A stretch of DNA of 64,000 bases from Bdellovibrionales bacterium (GTDB lineage: Bacteria; Bdellovibrionota; Bdellovibrionia; Bdellovibrionales; UBA1609). The notes beneath the pieces were generated by a model. That model was not told where the DNA came from. It saw only the letters and a list, made by a program, of their open reading frames with translations, and did no database searches. The position numbers and the translations under genes are program-made. Shown here one piece after another: positions 19,042 through 27,428 of this stretch (position 1 is the stretch's first letter; each line of letters starts with the position of its first letter). The stretch is from positions 133,431 to 197,430 of the forward strand of contig JAHBUX010000003.1 of NCBI GenBank assembly GCA_019637855.1, in the 5' to 3' direction.

Positions 19042-21154
19042 GCAATCCTTTAAGGTCTTTGGTGTCTGAGCCCAAGCTCAACACACCTTTGGTCACCGTT
19101 CCAATTTTCCAAGCTTCAGATCCCGTACGTCCCGCCCGCGGGGTCACTTCTTCCAGCAGCCCGGCAGGCCCACTGAGGAGCACTTCGTATAACCGTTCTT
19201 GATAGAAATCGCCAGGCGCCTCGGCCCACGCGCCGGTCGCGACTTTGGCGCCCAACTCCTCACCGCACATGCGATAGAGCGCATAGCCTAAACCAAATTT
19301 ACCCACCACACGGCTTGCGCTCACGTGTTTGGATAAACCCATCTGGAACACTTCCATCAACCAGCGGCTGGTCATTTCGGGATCGAGCGCACCACTGAAG
19401 GCGGCCTCACGCCCGAACTGATCACTGGTGAATTTCACCGCCGGCAAACGCCACAGCACGATCTCGTCACCGTCATTCACAAACTGCGAGCGCGGAATGC
19501 CTTCAATCGAATCGCGCAGCCCCACCACACCGGTGGCCGGCGTGGACGTGATGTTGCGGTTTAAGGTTTCATTGTAGAAGCTGACGTTGCCGCTGATCAC
19601 AGGCGCATTCATCAGCTTGCTGGCATCAGCCAGAGCTTCCACCGCCGCCACAAACTCACCCATGATCTCGGGCTTCTCCGGATTGCCGAAGTTCAAACAG
19701 TCGGTCAGCGCCAACGGTTGAAAGCCTTTTGCGGCCAGCTCAAGAGACGGATAAAAGGCCGCATCGTAACCGCCGAGCTGAGCATCCACACGCATCAGCG
19801 ACGGACGGCATCCCAACACCAAACCAAGGCCACGACCAGACGGCAAGCGCTGAATAGCGATACTATCGTCACAATCGCGTACCGTCTTCGCCCCCACACG
19901 CTGATCGTACTGCTGATAGATCCAGCGCCGCGAACAGCCTTCGGCAGAAGACAAGAGTTCTTCAAGTTTAAGCGCAGTGGTCTCTAGCGCGTCACGCTTA
20001 CGTTTGGGCACCCACGGTTCATAGGGGCGTTCATACATGGGCGCGTGATCGGTCAAAAGCTTAGGGTCGATCTTGCAAATCAGATCCTTCTTCCAGAACA
20101 ACTCAATCTCAGGACCTTTGATCACTTCACCAAGCACCGAAGCATCTAAGCCCCAACGATGGAAAACCTCTTGAATGGCTTCGAGCTTCTTCGGTTCGCA
20201 CACAAGTAACATGCGCTCTTGGCTCTCGGAGAGCAGAATCTCTTCCGGCCCCACCGAAGAGTCGCGCAGCGGCACCTGATCCAAGTGCAGACGCAGACCC
20301 ACGCCACCTTTGGCCGCCATCTCAAAGCTCGAGCTCGTGATCCCTGCAGCCCCCATATCCTGAATGGCCACCACAAGGTTTTCTTTCATCACTTCCAAGC
20401 AGCTCTCAATCAAAAGCTTCTCGTAAAACGGATCCCCGATCTGCACCGTCGGACGTTTGCTTGCCGAGTCCTCTCCGAAAGCTTCGCTGGCCATACTCGC
20501 CCCATGCACACCGTCGCGGCCGGTCTTCGCACCCACGTAGACCACCAAATTGCCCACGCCGCGCGCGTTGGAAGTGACAATCGGATCGCTCTCTGTGAAC
20601 AAACCCACCGCCAGCGCATTGACCAAAACGTTTTTGTCATAGGATTCGTGAAACTCGGTTTGCCCCGTCACCGTCGGCACACCGACACAGTTGCCGTAAC
20701 CCGAGATTCCGGCCACCACGCCATCCACGATGGCGCTCATGCGCTCGGCCTGCGGACGACCAAAGCACAGATAGTTGGCCAAAGCGATGGGACGCGCGCC
20801 CATGGTGAAAATATCGCGCAAGATACCACCCACGCCGGTGGCCGCCCCTTGGTAAGGCTCGATAAAGCTCGGGTGATTGTGGCTTTCCATTTTGAACGCC
20901 ACCTTTTCGCCATGACCAAGATCGATCACGCCGGCGTTCTCACCCATGCTCTGCAAAACGCGTGAGGAGCGGAACGCGAATTTCTTCAAGTGCACGCGCG
21001 AGCTCTTGTAAGAGCAGTGCTCACTCCACAGGGCGGAAAACAGCGCCCATTCCACACCTTGCGGATCACGGCCGAGCAGCTTTTGCATCATGCCGTATTC
21101 ACCGCGCGACAGTCGGTACTTCTTTAATTTGTCGGCCAATTCCTGTTCGGTCAT
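18992..21154 (-). CDS. purL: Phosphoribosylformylglycinamidine synthase subunit PurL (small PurL)
   Basis: 720 aa. Contains EHCSYKSS, MESHNHPSFIEPYQGAATGVGGILRD and the duplicated AIR-synthase-like fold. Confidence 0.95.
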   Translation of the reverse strand: MTEQELADKLKKYRLSRGEYGMMQKLLGRDPQGVEWALFSALWSEHCSYKSSRVHLKKFAFRSSRVLQSMGENAGVIDLGHGEKVAFKMESHNHPSFIEPYQGAATGVGGILRDIFTMGARPIALANYLCFGRPQAERMSAIVDGVVAGISGYGNCVGVPTVTGQTEFHESYDKNVLVNALAVGLFTESDPIVTSNARGVGNLVVYVGAKTGRDGVHGASMASEAFGEDSASKRPTVQIGDPFYEKLLIESCLEVMKENLVVAIQDMGAAGITSSSFEMAAKGGVGLRLHLDQVPLRDSSVGPEEILLSESQERMLLVCEPKKLEAIQEVFHRWGLDASVLGEVIKGPEIELFWKKDLICKIDPKLLTDHAPMYERPYEPWVPKRKRDALETTALKLEELLSSAEGCSRRWIYQQYDQRVGAKTVRDCDDSIAIQRLPSGRGLGLVLGCRPSLMRVDAQLGGYDAAFYPSLELAAKGFQPLALTDCLNFGNPEKPEIMGEFVAAVEALADASKLMNAPVISGNVSFYNETLNRNITSTPATGVVGLRDSIEGIPRSQFVNDGDEIVLWRLPAVKFTSDQFGREAAFSGALDPEMTSRWLMEVFQMGLSKHVSASRVVGKFGLGYALYRMCGEELGAKVATGAWAEAPGDFYQERLYEVLLSGPAGLLEEVTPRAGRTGSEAWKIGTVTKGVLSLGSDTKDLKGLHELYRSGWRKHFPGLS

Positions 21155-21813
21155 TATGCCCTCAATAGCGCGCCCATAATGGCTCGCCCGTCATCGCCGC
21201 CCATCCACTCATGCATGGCTCTCTCTGGATGCGGCATCAAAGCACACACGTTTTTCTGGATATTGCTCACGCCAGCGATGTTCTCCACACTGCCGTTGGG
21301 GTTTTCCGAAGCGTATGTCCACCAGATCTGACCGCGCTCTTTCATACGCGTAAGCTCGGCCGGCTCCACATAAAAGCGCCCTTCACCGTGCGCCACCGGC
21401 AGACGGATCTTTGCACCCCGCTCAAGATTGCTCCAGGCGTTGCTGTTCTCAAGCTTAAGCTCGACCCATTTGTCGACAAACTTACGGCCTTCATTACGCA
21501 CCAAAGCGCCCGGCAAAAGCTGGGCCTCACACAAAACCTGAAAGCCGTTGCAGATTCCTAAGACCGGCAGGCCCTTTTCCGCAGCCTCTTTCAAACTCTG
21601 CATCACCGGCGACTTAGCCGCCAAAGCTCCGCAGCGCAAGTAATCGCCGTAGCTGAACCCGCCCGGCACCACAAAGGCCGAGTAGTCGTCCGGAGTAAAC
21701 GTGTCGGCGTGCCACAACCACTGCGGCGTCAGATCGAGGTTCTCAACGGCTTCCCACACATCGCGGTCGCAGTTGGTGCCGAGAAAGCGGACGATGCCTA
21801 CAGGCTTGCTCAC
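21154..21813 (-). CDS. purQ: Phosphoribosylformylglycinamidine synthase glutaminase subunit PurQ
   Basis: 219 aa. Has the GATase-1 nucleophile GICNGFQ and HPER near the C-terminus. The GTG start overlaps the purS stop (GTGA). The stop overlaps the purL ATG by 1 nt. Confidence 0.95.
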   Translation of the reverse strand: MSKPVGIVRFLGTNCDRDVWEAVENLDLTPQWLWHADTFTPDDYSAFVVPGGFSYGDYLRCGALAAKSPVMQSLKEAAEKGLPVLGICNGFQVLCEAQLLPGALVRNEGRKFVDKWVELKLENSNAWSNLERGAKIRLPVAHGEGRFYVEPAELTRMKERGQIWWTYASENPNGSVENIAGVSNIQKNVCALMPHPERAMHEWMGGDDGRAIMGALLRA

Positions 21814-22052
21814 CGTCTCACCACTTCCAATTCAAAGGTTTCGATCAAGGGATTATACAACACGAACTCGGTGATCTCTTTGGCGCGCGCCAAAGCCTTG
21901 CTCTCGTCAGTCTCAGGGATTTCGAGTTGCACGTACTTGCCGACCCGGCACTGCTCCACGCTGCGATTATGCGCGCGCAACGTACCTTCAACAGCCCGGC
22001 CTTGCGTATCCAAAACTTCGTTCTTCGGTAGAATCTTTACGCCAATTTTCAT
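21810..22052 (-). CDS. purS: Phosphoribosylformylglycinamidine synthase subunit PurS
   Basis: An 80-aa product from ATG 22052 (MKIGVKILPKNEVLDTQGRAVEGTLR...) matches PurS size and N-terminus. That ATG forms an ATGA overlap with the purC stop. The longer 117-aa ORF is an R/G-rich extension inside purC. Confidence 0.85.
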   Translation of the reverse strand: MKIGVKILPKNEVLDTQGRAVEGTLRAHNRSVEQCRVGKYVQLEIPETDESKALARAKEITEFVLYNPLIETFELEVVRR

Positions 22053-22777
22053 TTGCTCTTCTCCTTCAGTCGCTGAAGAACCTCTTGATAACTCTCTTCG
22101 ACCCGCCCCAGATCGCGGCGGAAACGGTCTTTGTCTAATTTCTCTCCGGTCTTTAAGTCCCACAGACGGCAGGTGTCCGGGCTGACTTCATCGGCCAACA
22201 CGATCTCACCGCGATCATTGCGGCCGAACTCCAGTTTGAAATCCACAAGTTCCAGACCGGCCTTTTCAAATTCGGCCCGCAGCACTTTGTTGATGGCCAA
22301 AGCTTTGGTTTTCAAAACTTCCAGGTCTTGGCGGTTCTCCACCGCTCCCATCAACATGGCCTGATCGTCGCTGATAAACGGATCACCCAGCGCATCGTCC
22401 TTGTAGTAAAATTCGACGAGCGGCGCGCGCAAGGGCGTGCCTTCCTCTTTACCGAGCTTCTTCGCGGTTGAGCCGGCCAAACGATTACGGGTCACAACCT
22501 CCAGCGGGATGATGCGCAGTTTTTCGCAGATCATCTCGTGGTCGTTGATGTTCTCAATAATGTGCGTGGGAATGCCGTTGTCCTTCAGGCGTTGATACAA
22601 CAAAGCTGTGATCTGCGCGTTGATCGCACCTTTGCCGCTAAAACTTCCCGTCTTCTGAGCATTGAAAGCCGTGAGAGAGTCTTTGTACTCCACCCACACC
22701 TCCTGCGGACGCCCTCTAACGGCGTACATCTTCTTGGCCTTACCCTCGTACAGCAGTTCGCCTTTTACTTTTTCCAT
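22049..22777 (-). CDS. purC: Phosphoribosylaminoimidazole-succinocarboxamide (SAICAR) synthase PurC
   Basis: 242 aa. LLYEGKAKKMY, IPLEVVTRN and LADEVSPDTCRLWD are classic PurC motifs. Confidence 0.95.
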   Translation of the reverse strand: MEKVKGELLYEGKAKKMYAVRGRPQEVWVEYKDSLTAFNAQKTGSFSGKGAINAQITALLYQRLKDNGIPTHIIENINDHEMICEKLRIIPLEVVTRNRLAGSTAKKLGKEEGTPLRAPLVEFYYKDDALGDPFISDDQAMLMGAVENRQDLEVLKTKALAINKVLRAEFEKAGLELVDFKLEFGRNDRGEIVLADEVSPDTCRLWDLKTGEKLDKDRFRRDLGRVEESYQEVLQRLKEKSK

Positions 22778-24129
22778 TTCAGCCTTTCGCGGCGAGCACC
22801 TTTTGCCGGGCGTCCCGTTGTGGCCGCACCACCACGTCCGCCTTTCAAAATAGAACCCAACACGGAATCGATGCGTTTTTTCTGGGTTTCGCCAGAAAAG
22901 ATGGCGCGTAGAATTTTTTTGTCGACGTAGCGGCTAGCTTCCGGATCAGCCATCAAGCGGTCTTCCAAGGAGTCACCCGGTTCCAGATCATGGCATACGC
23001 GCTGAACGATTTTGTAAGCCTCTTCGCGCAGCAACCCGCGGTCAATCATGGCCAACAACACTTGACTGCTGAACAGCTGCCCCTGTGACAGATTCATATT
23101 GCGCTTCATACGCTCGCTATCGACATAAAGACCCTCGAGCAACCCGGCCAAACGATCTAGAGCATAGTCGGCCAGAATAAAACTGTCGGGCACGATCACG
23201 CGCTCAACGGACGAGTGTGAGATATCCCGCTCATGCCAGAGCGCGACGTTTTCCAAAGCCGCTCCCGCATTGGCGCGCAAGATCCGCGCTAGTCCCGTAA
23301 GGTTTTCCGCACTGATCGGGTTTTTTTTGTGCGGCATCGCGCTTGAGCCTTTTTGGCCGGGCGTGAAACTCTCAATCACCTCGCCGACCTCGGTGCGCTG
23401 CAAGTGGCGCATCTCGACCGAGAGACGCTCAATGGCCGCACCGGTCATGGCCAAAGTCCACATCAGCTCGGCATGGCGATCGCGCGGCACCACCTGCGTG
23501 GCCAAAGTCTCGGGCGTAAGTCCCAAAGCCTCGCCCACCAGGCGCTCCACTTCCGGAGGCTGGGTGGAGTAGGTGCCGACCGCACCACTCAACTTCACCA
23601 CCCGCAATTGATCGACGGCGCGCTCTACACGCGCGCGAGTGCGGCGGAACTCGGCCAGGTGACCCGCCATTTTAAAACCAAAAGTGGTGGCCTCTGCATG
23701 CATGCCGTGGGTGCGGCCCGCGCTGAGCGTGTGCGAATGACGCTCGATCAGCTTGCTGAGCGCCATTTCCATACGATCAAAGCGCGTGAACAAAATCTTA
23801 GCGGCCTTTTGCACCTGCAGACTCAAAGCGGTGTCGAGTACATCCGAGCTCGTCATCCCGTAATGCAGGTAACGACCACTGGGCCCCACATTCTCGGCGA
23901 CGGAAGATACAAACGCGATCACATCGTGCTTGGTGGTTTTTTCGATCTCATCGATACGAGCGACGGAGAATTTAGCTTTGGCTTTGATCTCTTTGGCCGC
24001 TTTTTCCGGAATAATTTTAAGCCGGGCTTGGGCCTGCGCCACCGCCACCTCAACCTCCAGCAGACACTGAAAGCGGGCTTCCGGAGTAAAGACAGCACCC
24101 ATCTCAGGGCGCGTGTACCGAGCTATCAC
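22765..24129 (-). CDS. purB: Adenylosuccinate lyase PurB
   Basis: Fumarate-lyase signature GSSAMPHKKNP and N-terminus (V)IARYTRPEMGAVF. GTG at 24129 has an AAGGAG SD 6 nt upstream. The longest ORF (to 24183) is probably an over-extension. The C-terminus carries a G/R/K-rich tail (GGRGGAATTGRPAKGARRERLKWKK) overlapping purC by 13 nt. Confidence 0.93.
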   Translation of the reverse strand: MIARYTRPEMGAVFTPEARFQCLLEVEVAVAQAQARLKIIPEKAAKEIKAKAKFSVARIDEIEKTTKHDVIAFVSSVAENVGPSGRYLHYGMTSSDVLDTALSLQVQKAAKILFTRFDRMEMALSKLIERHSHTLSAGRTHGMHAEATTFGFKMAGHLAEFRRTRARVERAVDQLRVVKLSGAVGTYSTQPPEVERLVGEALGLTPETLATQVVPRDRHAELMWTLAMTGAAIERLSVEMRHLQRTEVGEVIESFTPGQKGSSAMPHKKNPISAENLTGLARILRANAGAALENVALWHERDISHSSVERVIVPDSFILADYALDRLAGLLEGLYVDSERMKRNMNLSQGQLFSSQVLLAMIDRGLLREEAYKIVQRVCHDLEPGDSLEDRLMADPEASRYVDKKILRAIFSGETQKKRIDSVLGSILKGGRGGAATTGRPAKGARRERLKWKK

Positions 24130-25339
24130 TCGAGGCTCCTTGCTTCTTGATTTGATCGTTACGCCATTGCTCCAAACGCACAAAGCAATCGGCTTCGCGC
24201 TCCAAGCGCGCGCCCATATCCAGGCGCTCTAAGCGCTCGGGCGCGATCCATTCGAAATTCTTCCAAGCCGGTGCGCCCCAATCTTTATGGTGCGCTTCAA
24301 AAACGGGCGAATGCGGGCAAATGCCCCACTGAGCGCTGTCCACATTCCACTTGGCCAACGACAGGCGCGAGTTCAACAGTGTCTCCGCTTCCATCGACCA
24401 GCGCCGGCGCTGGTCCGCATCGCCCAAAGTTTTGCTCGGCACCTTCATCCACATCTGGAAGTTATCGCCCTGCGTGCGGCGAACAATCACGCTGTTGGCG
24501 TACACCCAGGGTAAAAACACATCGCCGATCACCACCATGTAGCCAGGGAATCCATCTAGCCAGGGCCCCGCTTCGCAGGCCGCATGGAACGACACCCACG
24601 ACCACTCGGGCCGCCAGATGCCGCGATTGAAAATCTGCTCGGCGATTTCAGCATTGAGCATTTCGGTTTCGCGCGAAGAGAGACACCAGATCCATTGATC
24701 GGCGCCATAGGCCATGCTCTGCCCAGCGCTGACGACGATCTCGGCCAAGCGTGAACCATCGATGCCCACATCCTCAATCGTCTGACAAGAAATCACCGGA
24801 TGGCCCTGCGCTTGAAAACGCTCAAAGGTCATCACTTGTTTTTCTTCGTAAGACGGAATCAAGCCGAGTTCAGAATCAAAGGGAAACATGGAGCGCGTTT
24901 CCAAAGCCCACGACTCCATATGCAGTGGCGATGCCCACTGCAGCAGAAAACGGCGTAACCAATCGTTTTTAAATTCGGCGACAGGATGGTGCAGGGCTTT
25001 TACATCGGCGCGCGTCTCGGCGTAAAACGGAGTCATCGCGCTGTTCAGCTCCAGCGGCCCATCGGGCAACCAGAAAGCCAAGCCACGCTCGAGCTTTTCA
25101 CTCTCCGCCAAGAAAGTCTTGGCCTCCGCTCCACTCACTTCATTAGCAATCGGAAACGGACCAGGCCCACGCAAGTATTCACGCGGAAAGGCGGCGGTGA
25201 AATCGAGCACACGCACATGAAAGGCATTGTTTTGCAGTTGCTGGGCGAGGGTTTCGCCACGGCCGAAGGCGGTGACCAGATTCACTTCCCATGGAATCAC
25301 AGGTCGAGCCCCTCCCATGACGGATCGGTCAACTCCCAA
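24104..25339 (-). CDS. Hypothetical protein embedded in the pur operon (unassigned; Rossmann-like N-terminus, Trp-rich)
   Basis: A 411-codon ORF with the same codon bias as its neighbours, overlapping purM (5') and purB (3'). No Pur-enzyme motif is recognised. The N-terminus VNLVTAFGRGETLAQQLQNNAFHVRVLD resembles a beta-alpha-beta dinucleotide-binding fold. Start is TTG 25339 (AGGAAG SD) or ATG 25318. Confidence 0.7.
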   Translation of the reverse strand: MGVDRSVMGGARPVIPWEVNLVTAFGRGETLAQQLQNNAFHVRVLDFTAAFPREYLRGPGPFPIANEVSGAEAKTFLAESEKLERGLAFWLPDGPLELNSAMTPFYAETRADVKALHHPVAEFKNDWLRRFLLQWASPLHMESWALETRSMFPFDSELGLIPSYEEKQVMTFERFQAQGHPVISCQTIEDVGIDGSRLAEIVVSAGQSMAYGADQWIWCLSSRETEMLNAEIAEQIFNRGIWRPEWSWVSFHAACEAGPWLDGFPGYMVVIGDVFLPWVYANSVIVRRTQGDNFQMWMKVPSKTLGDADQRRRWSMEAETLLNSRLSLAKWNVDSAQWGICPHSPVFEAHHKDWGAPAWKNFEWIAPERLERLDMGARLEREADCFVRLEQWRNDQIKKQGASSDSSVHAP

Positions 25340-26322
25340 CCCGCTTCCTGCCCGGCCTCTGCCTTTTCAACAGTGCCGAGGTCAAAGGCTTTAAAGCCGT
25401 GTTGCACAACGATCTTGCTTAAACTTTCGAAGGATTCAGGGCTGACTACCCACACCATGCCCACGCCACAATTCAACGTGGTGAGCATCTGCGACCAGCT
25501 CATGCCCGAGCGTTTCTTCACTTCCAAAAACGGAGCCGGCACCGGCCATGGCTTGACCCGCGCCTTCGTGCCCTCAGGCAAAACACGCGGCAGATTGTCC
25601 ATACCGCCGCCCGTGATATGGGCGACCGCCTTCAACCCCTGTTGTTCAAGAGCCGCCAATACCACTTTCACGTAAAGAGCGGTGGGTTTCAGCAAAACCT
25701 CGCGCCACTGATCCAAATCGGCCGCGAACACTTTGCGTAGGAGCGAAAAACCATTGCTATGAAAACCGCTGCTCGACAGACCCAAGAGTCGGTAGCCCGG
25801 TTGGACCAGGTGCGGACCAAGCGCTTTCGGGCGATCGACCACGCCGACCGAAAATCCAGCCGCATCGAAGTCATTGCCCTCGTAAACGCCCGGCATTTCG
25901 GCAGTCTCGCCCCCGATCAGGGCGCATTCAGACTCCACACAGGAGGCCTGAACCCCCGCGAGGAAGTCCTTGGCGGCCGGCAGGCGTAGCCGGCCGCTAG
26001 CATAATAATCCAGGAAAAATAGAGGCTTAGCGCCGACACAAACCATGTCATTGACGCACATGGCGACTAAGTCCTGAGCGACCTCTTTGTAGCTTTCGAA
26101 GTGCACGGCCAGCTTTACTTTGGTGCCCACTCCATCGGTGCAGCTCACTAGGCATGGCTCTTTGTAGTCTTTGAAATCAGCGCGGAACAAGGCGGCAAAC
26201 CCGCCGATGCCGGCGACCAGGCGGTCCTGGTGCGGCCAACGCTTGGGCGCATTGGACTTGAGCCAGTCCACCAGGGCGTCACCGGCCTCAACGTCAACAC
26301 CGGCCTGCTTATAATCGATCAC
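25297..26322 (-). CDS. purM: Phosphoribosylformylglycinamidine cyclo-ligase (AIR synthase) PurM
   Basis: 341 aa. MIDYKQAGVDVEAGD, GIGGFAALF, DGVGTK and AHITGGG are classic PurM motifs. GTG start with a GAGAGGA SD. Confidence 0.95.
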   Translation of the reverse strand: MIDYKQAGVDVEAGDALVDWLKSNAPKRWPHQDRLVAGIGGFAALFRADFKDYKEPCLVSCTDGVGTKVKLAVHFESYKEVAQDLVAMCVNDMVCVGAKPLFFLDYYASGRLRLPAAKDFLAGVQASCVESECALIGGETAEMPGVYEGNDFDAAGFSVGVVDRPKALGPHLVQPGYRLLGLSSSGFHSNGFSLLRKVFAADLDQWREVLLKPTALYVKVVLAALEQQGLKAVAHITGGGMDNLPRVLPEGTKARVKPWPVPAPFLEVKKRSGMSWSQMLTTLNCGVGMVWVVSPESFESLSKIVVQHGFKAFDLGTVEKAEAGQEAGWELTDPSWEGLDL

Positions 26323-26495
26323 CGGGTATTTCCTCTCTGTACGGAAGAGCCCTGATACCTATCAAACCGGCTGGGCGAATTCAACCTTTTGAGGCCTGTC
26401 TCAAGGCGATACAGCGGTGATTCTTTTTGGAACTCACCCCCTTTCTGTGGCTTAATTTAGGATAGGGATTCCCGTGTACGATTGAAGGGCGATTC

Positions 26496-27281
26496 ATGAC
26501 GAATATGGTGCTTAGAAAAGCCGCACAGTTACTCTCACTTTGCCTGGTGCTGGCGGGCGTGGCGGCGCATAGCTCCTGGGCCGCGGCCGATCAGTACCGC
26601 CTGTTGGAAGGCACGCGCCTGGCCCAGTTCGATGCCGACGATGCCTACGACCCGTTTGCCGATTACTCCGAGTTTGAAGAGGCGCAAGAGGAAGAGGCCG
26701 ACATCAACTTTTTCCGTAACGGCCGCTTTGTGACTTTGGGCTTTATCGGCGGTATGCGCGGCTGGACCGGCGGCTTATCGGAGATGTACCGCACTTCGCC
26801 CACTTTCGGTCTGTTTTTGAGCTACTTCTTCGACCTACGCTTCGCTCTGCAGTTCTCCTTCAACACCGGCGACCACGCTTTTTCCGTGAAGTCGAAAAGC
26901 GGAACGGTCGCCAACGGCAATATCGGTATCACCAACTTCGCCTTAGACGTAAAGTACTACGTCAACACCCAGAATGTGACGAAGGGTTTGGCTAAGTTCA
27001 ACCCGTACATGATCGCTGGATTCTCACGCGTGGACCGCACCACCAACATCGAAGGCGTTGAGGGTTTCGGTAAAGAAGGCGCCATGGCCTTCGATCTGGG
27101 CGCGGGTATCGAGCTCCCTATGATGCGCAACAAGATGTTCTTCGGCGCCCAGGCCATGTACCAAATGGTCAACTTCCACGACGAGAACACCGAAGTGGAA
27201 TTCATCGACAACAGCCGCACAGGCAAATACCCCAACGGCGACAGCTACACTCTAATGGCCATCATCGGCGTCAACTTCTGA
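26496..27281 (+). CDS. Outer-membrane beta-barrel protein (small OMP with acidic N-terminal extension)
   Basis: 261 aa. Signal peptide ...LVLAGVAAHSSWA, then an acidic segment (DADDAYDPFADYSEFEEAQEEEAD), alternating beta-strand pattern, and a C-terminal aromatic residue (IIGVNF). Confidence 0.6.
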   Translation: MTNMVLRKAAQLLSLCLVLAGVAAHSSWAAADQYRLLEGTRLAQFDADDAYDPFADYSEFEEAQEEEADINFFRNGRFVTLGFIGGMRGWTGGLSEMYRTSPTFGLFLSYFFDLRFALQFSFNTGDHAFSVKSKSGTVANGNIGITNFALDVKYYVNTQNVTKGLAKFNPYMIAGFSRVDRTTNIEGVEGFGKEGAMAFDLGAGIELPMMRNKMFFGAQAMYQMVNFHDENTEVEFIDNSRTGKYPNGDSYTLMAIIGVNF

Positions 27282-27428
27282 GGTAGGGGCTAACATTTCC
27301 GGAGATATACGCGATCTGAGGTTCGGAATTCGGAATTCCGGACGAAATGGCGGTATGGCCGTGACTGCGGTGGATGCCGTGGGCAACACGATGCTCTGAG
27401 CAAGCAGGCATTTAGAATCGTTAAATCG

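Noticed and set aside
22053-22163. N-terminal extension of the PurS ORF. An analogous extension of the TsaE ORF lies at 37041-37145.
   Set aside because: Both extensions run back into the upstream gene. Internal ATGs form ATGA / TGATG coupling junctions and give canonical protein lengths.
23353-24150. 265-aa plus-strand ORF.
   Set aside because: It is antisense to purB, whose fumarate-lyase signature SSAMPHKKNP lies on the minus strand. The translation is low-complexity R/H/L-rich.
27294-27349. GGTTCGGAATTCGGAATTCC (T-loop-like, with a CGGAATTCCG palindrome) inside an imperfect long hairpin, in the 147-nt convergent spacer.
   Set aside because: No acceptor, anticodon or D arms can be built on either strand, so it is not a tRNA. 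The hairpin (CATTTCCGGA ... TCCGGAcgAAATG) may help terminate the convergent genes, but it lacks a U-tract and is too irregular to call.
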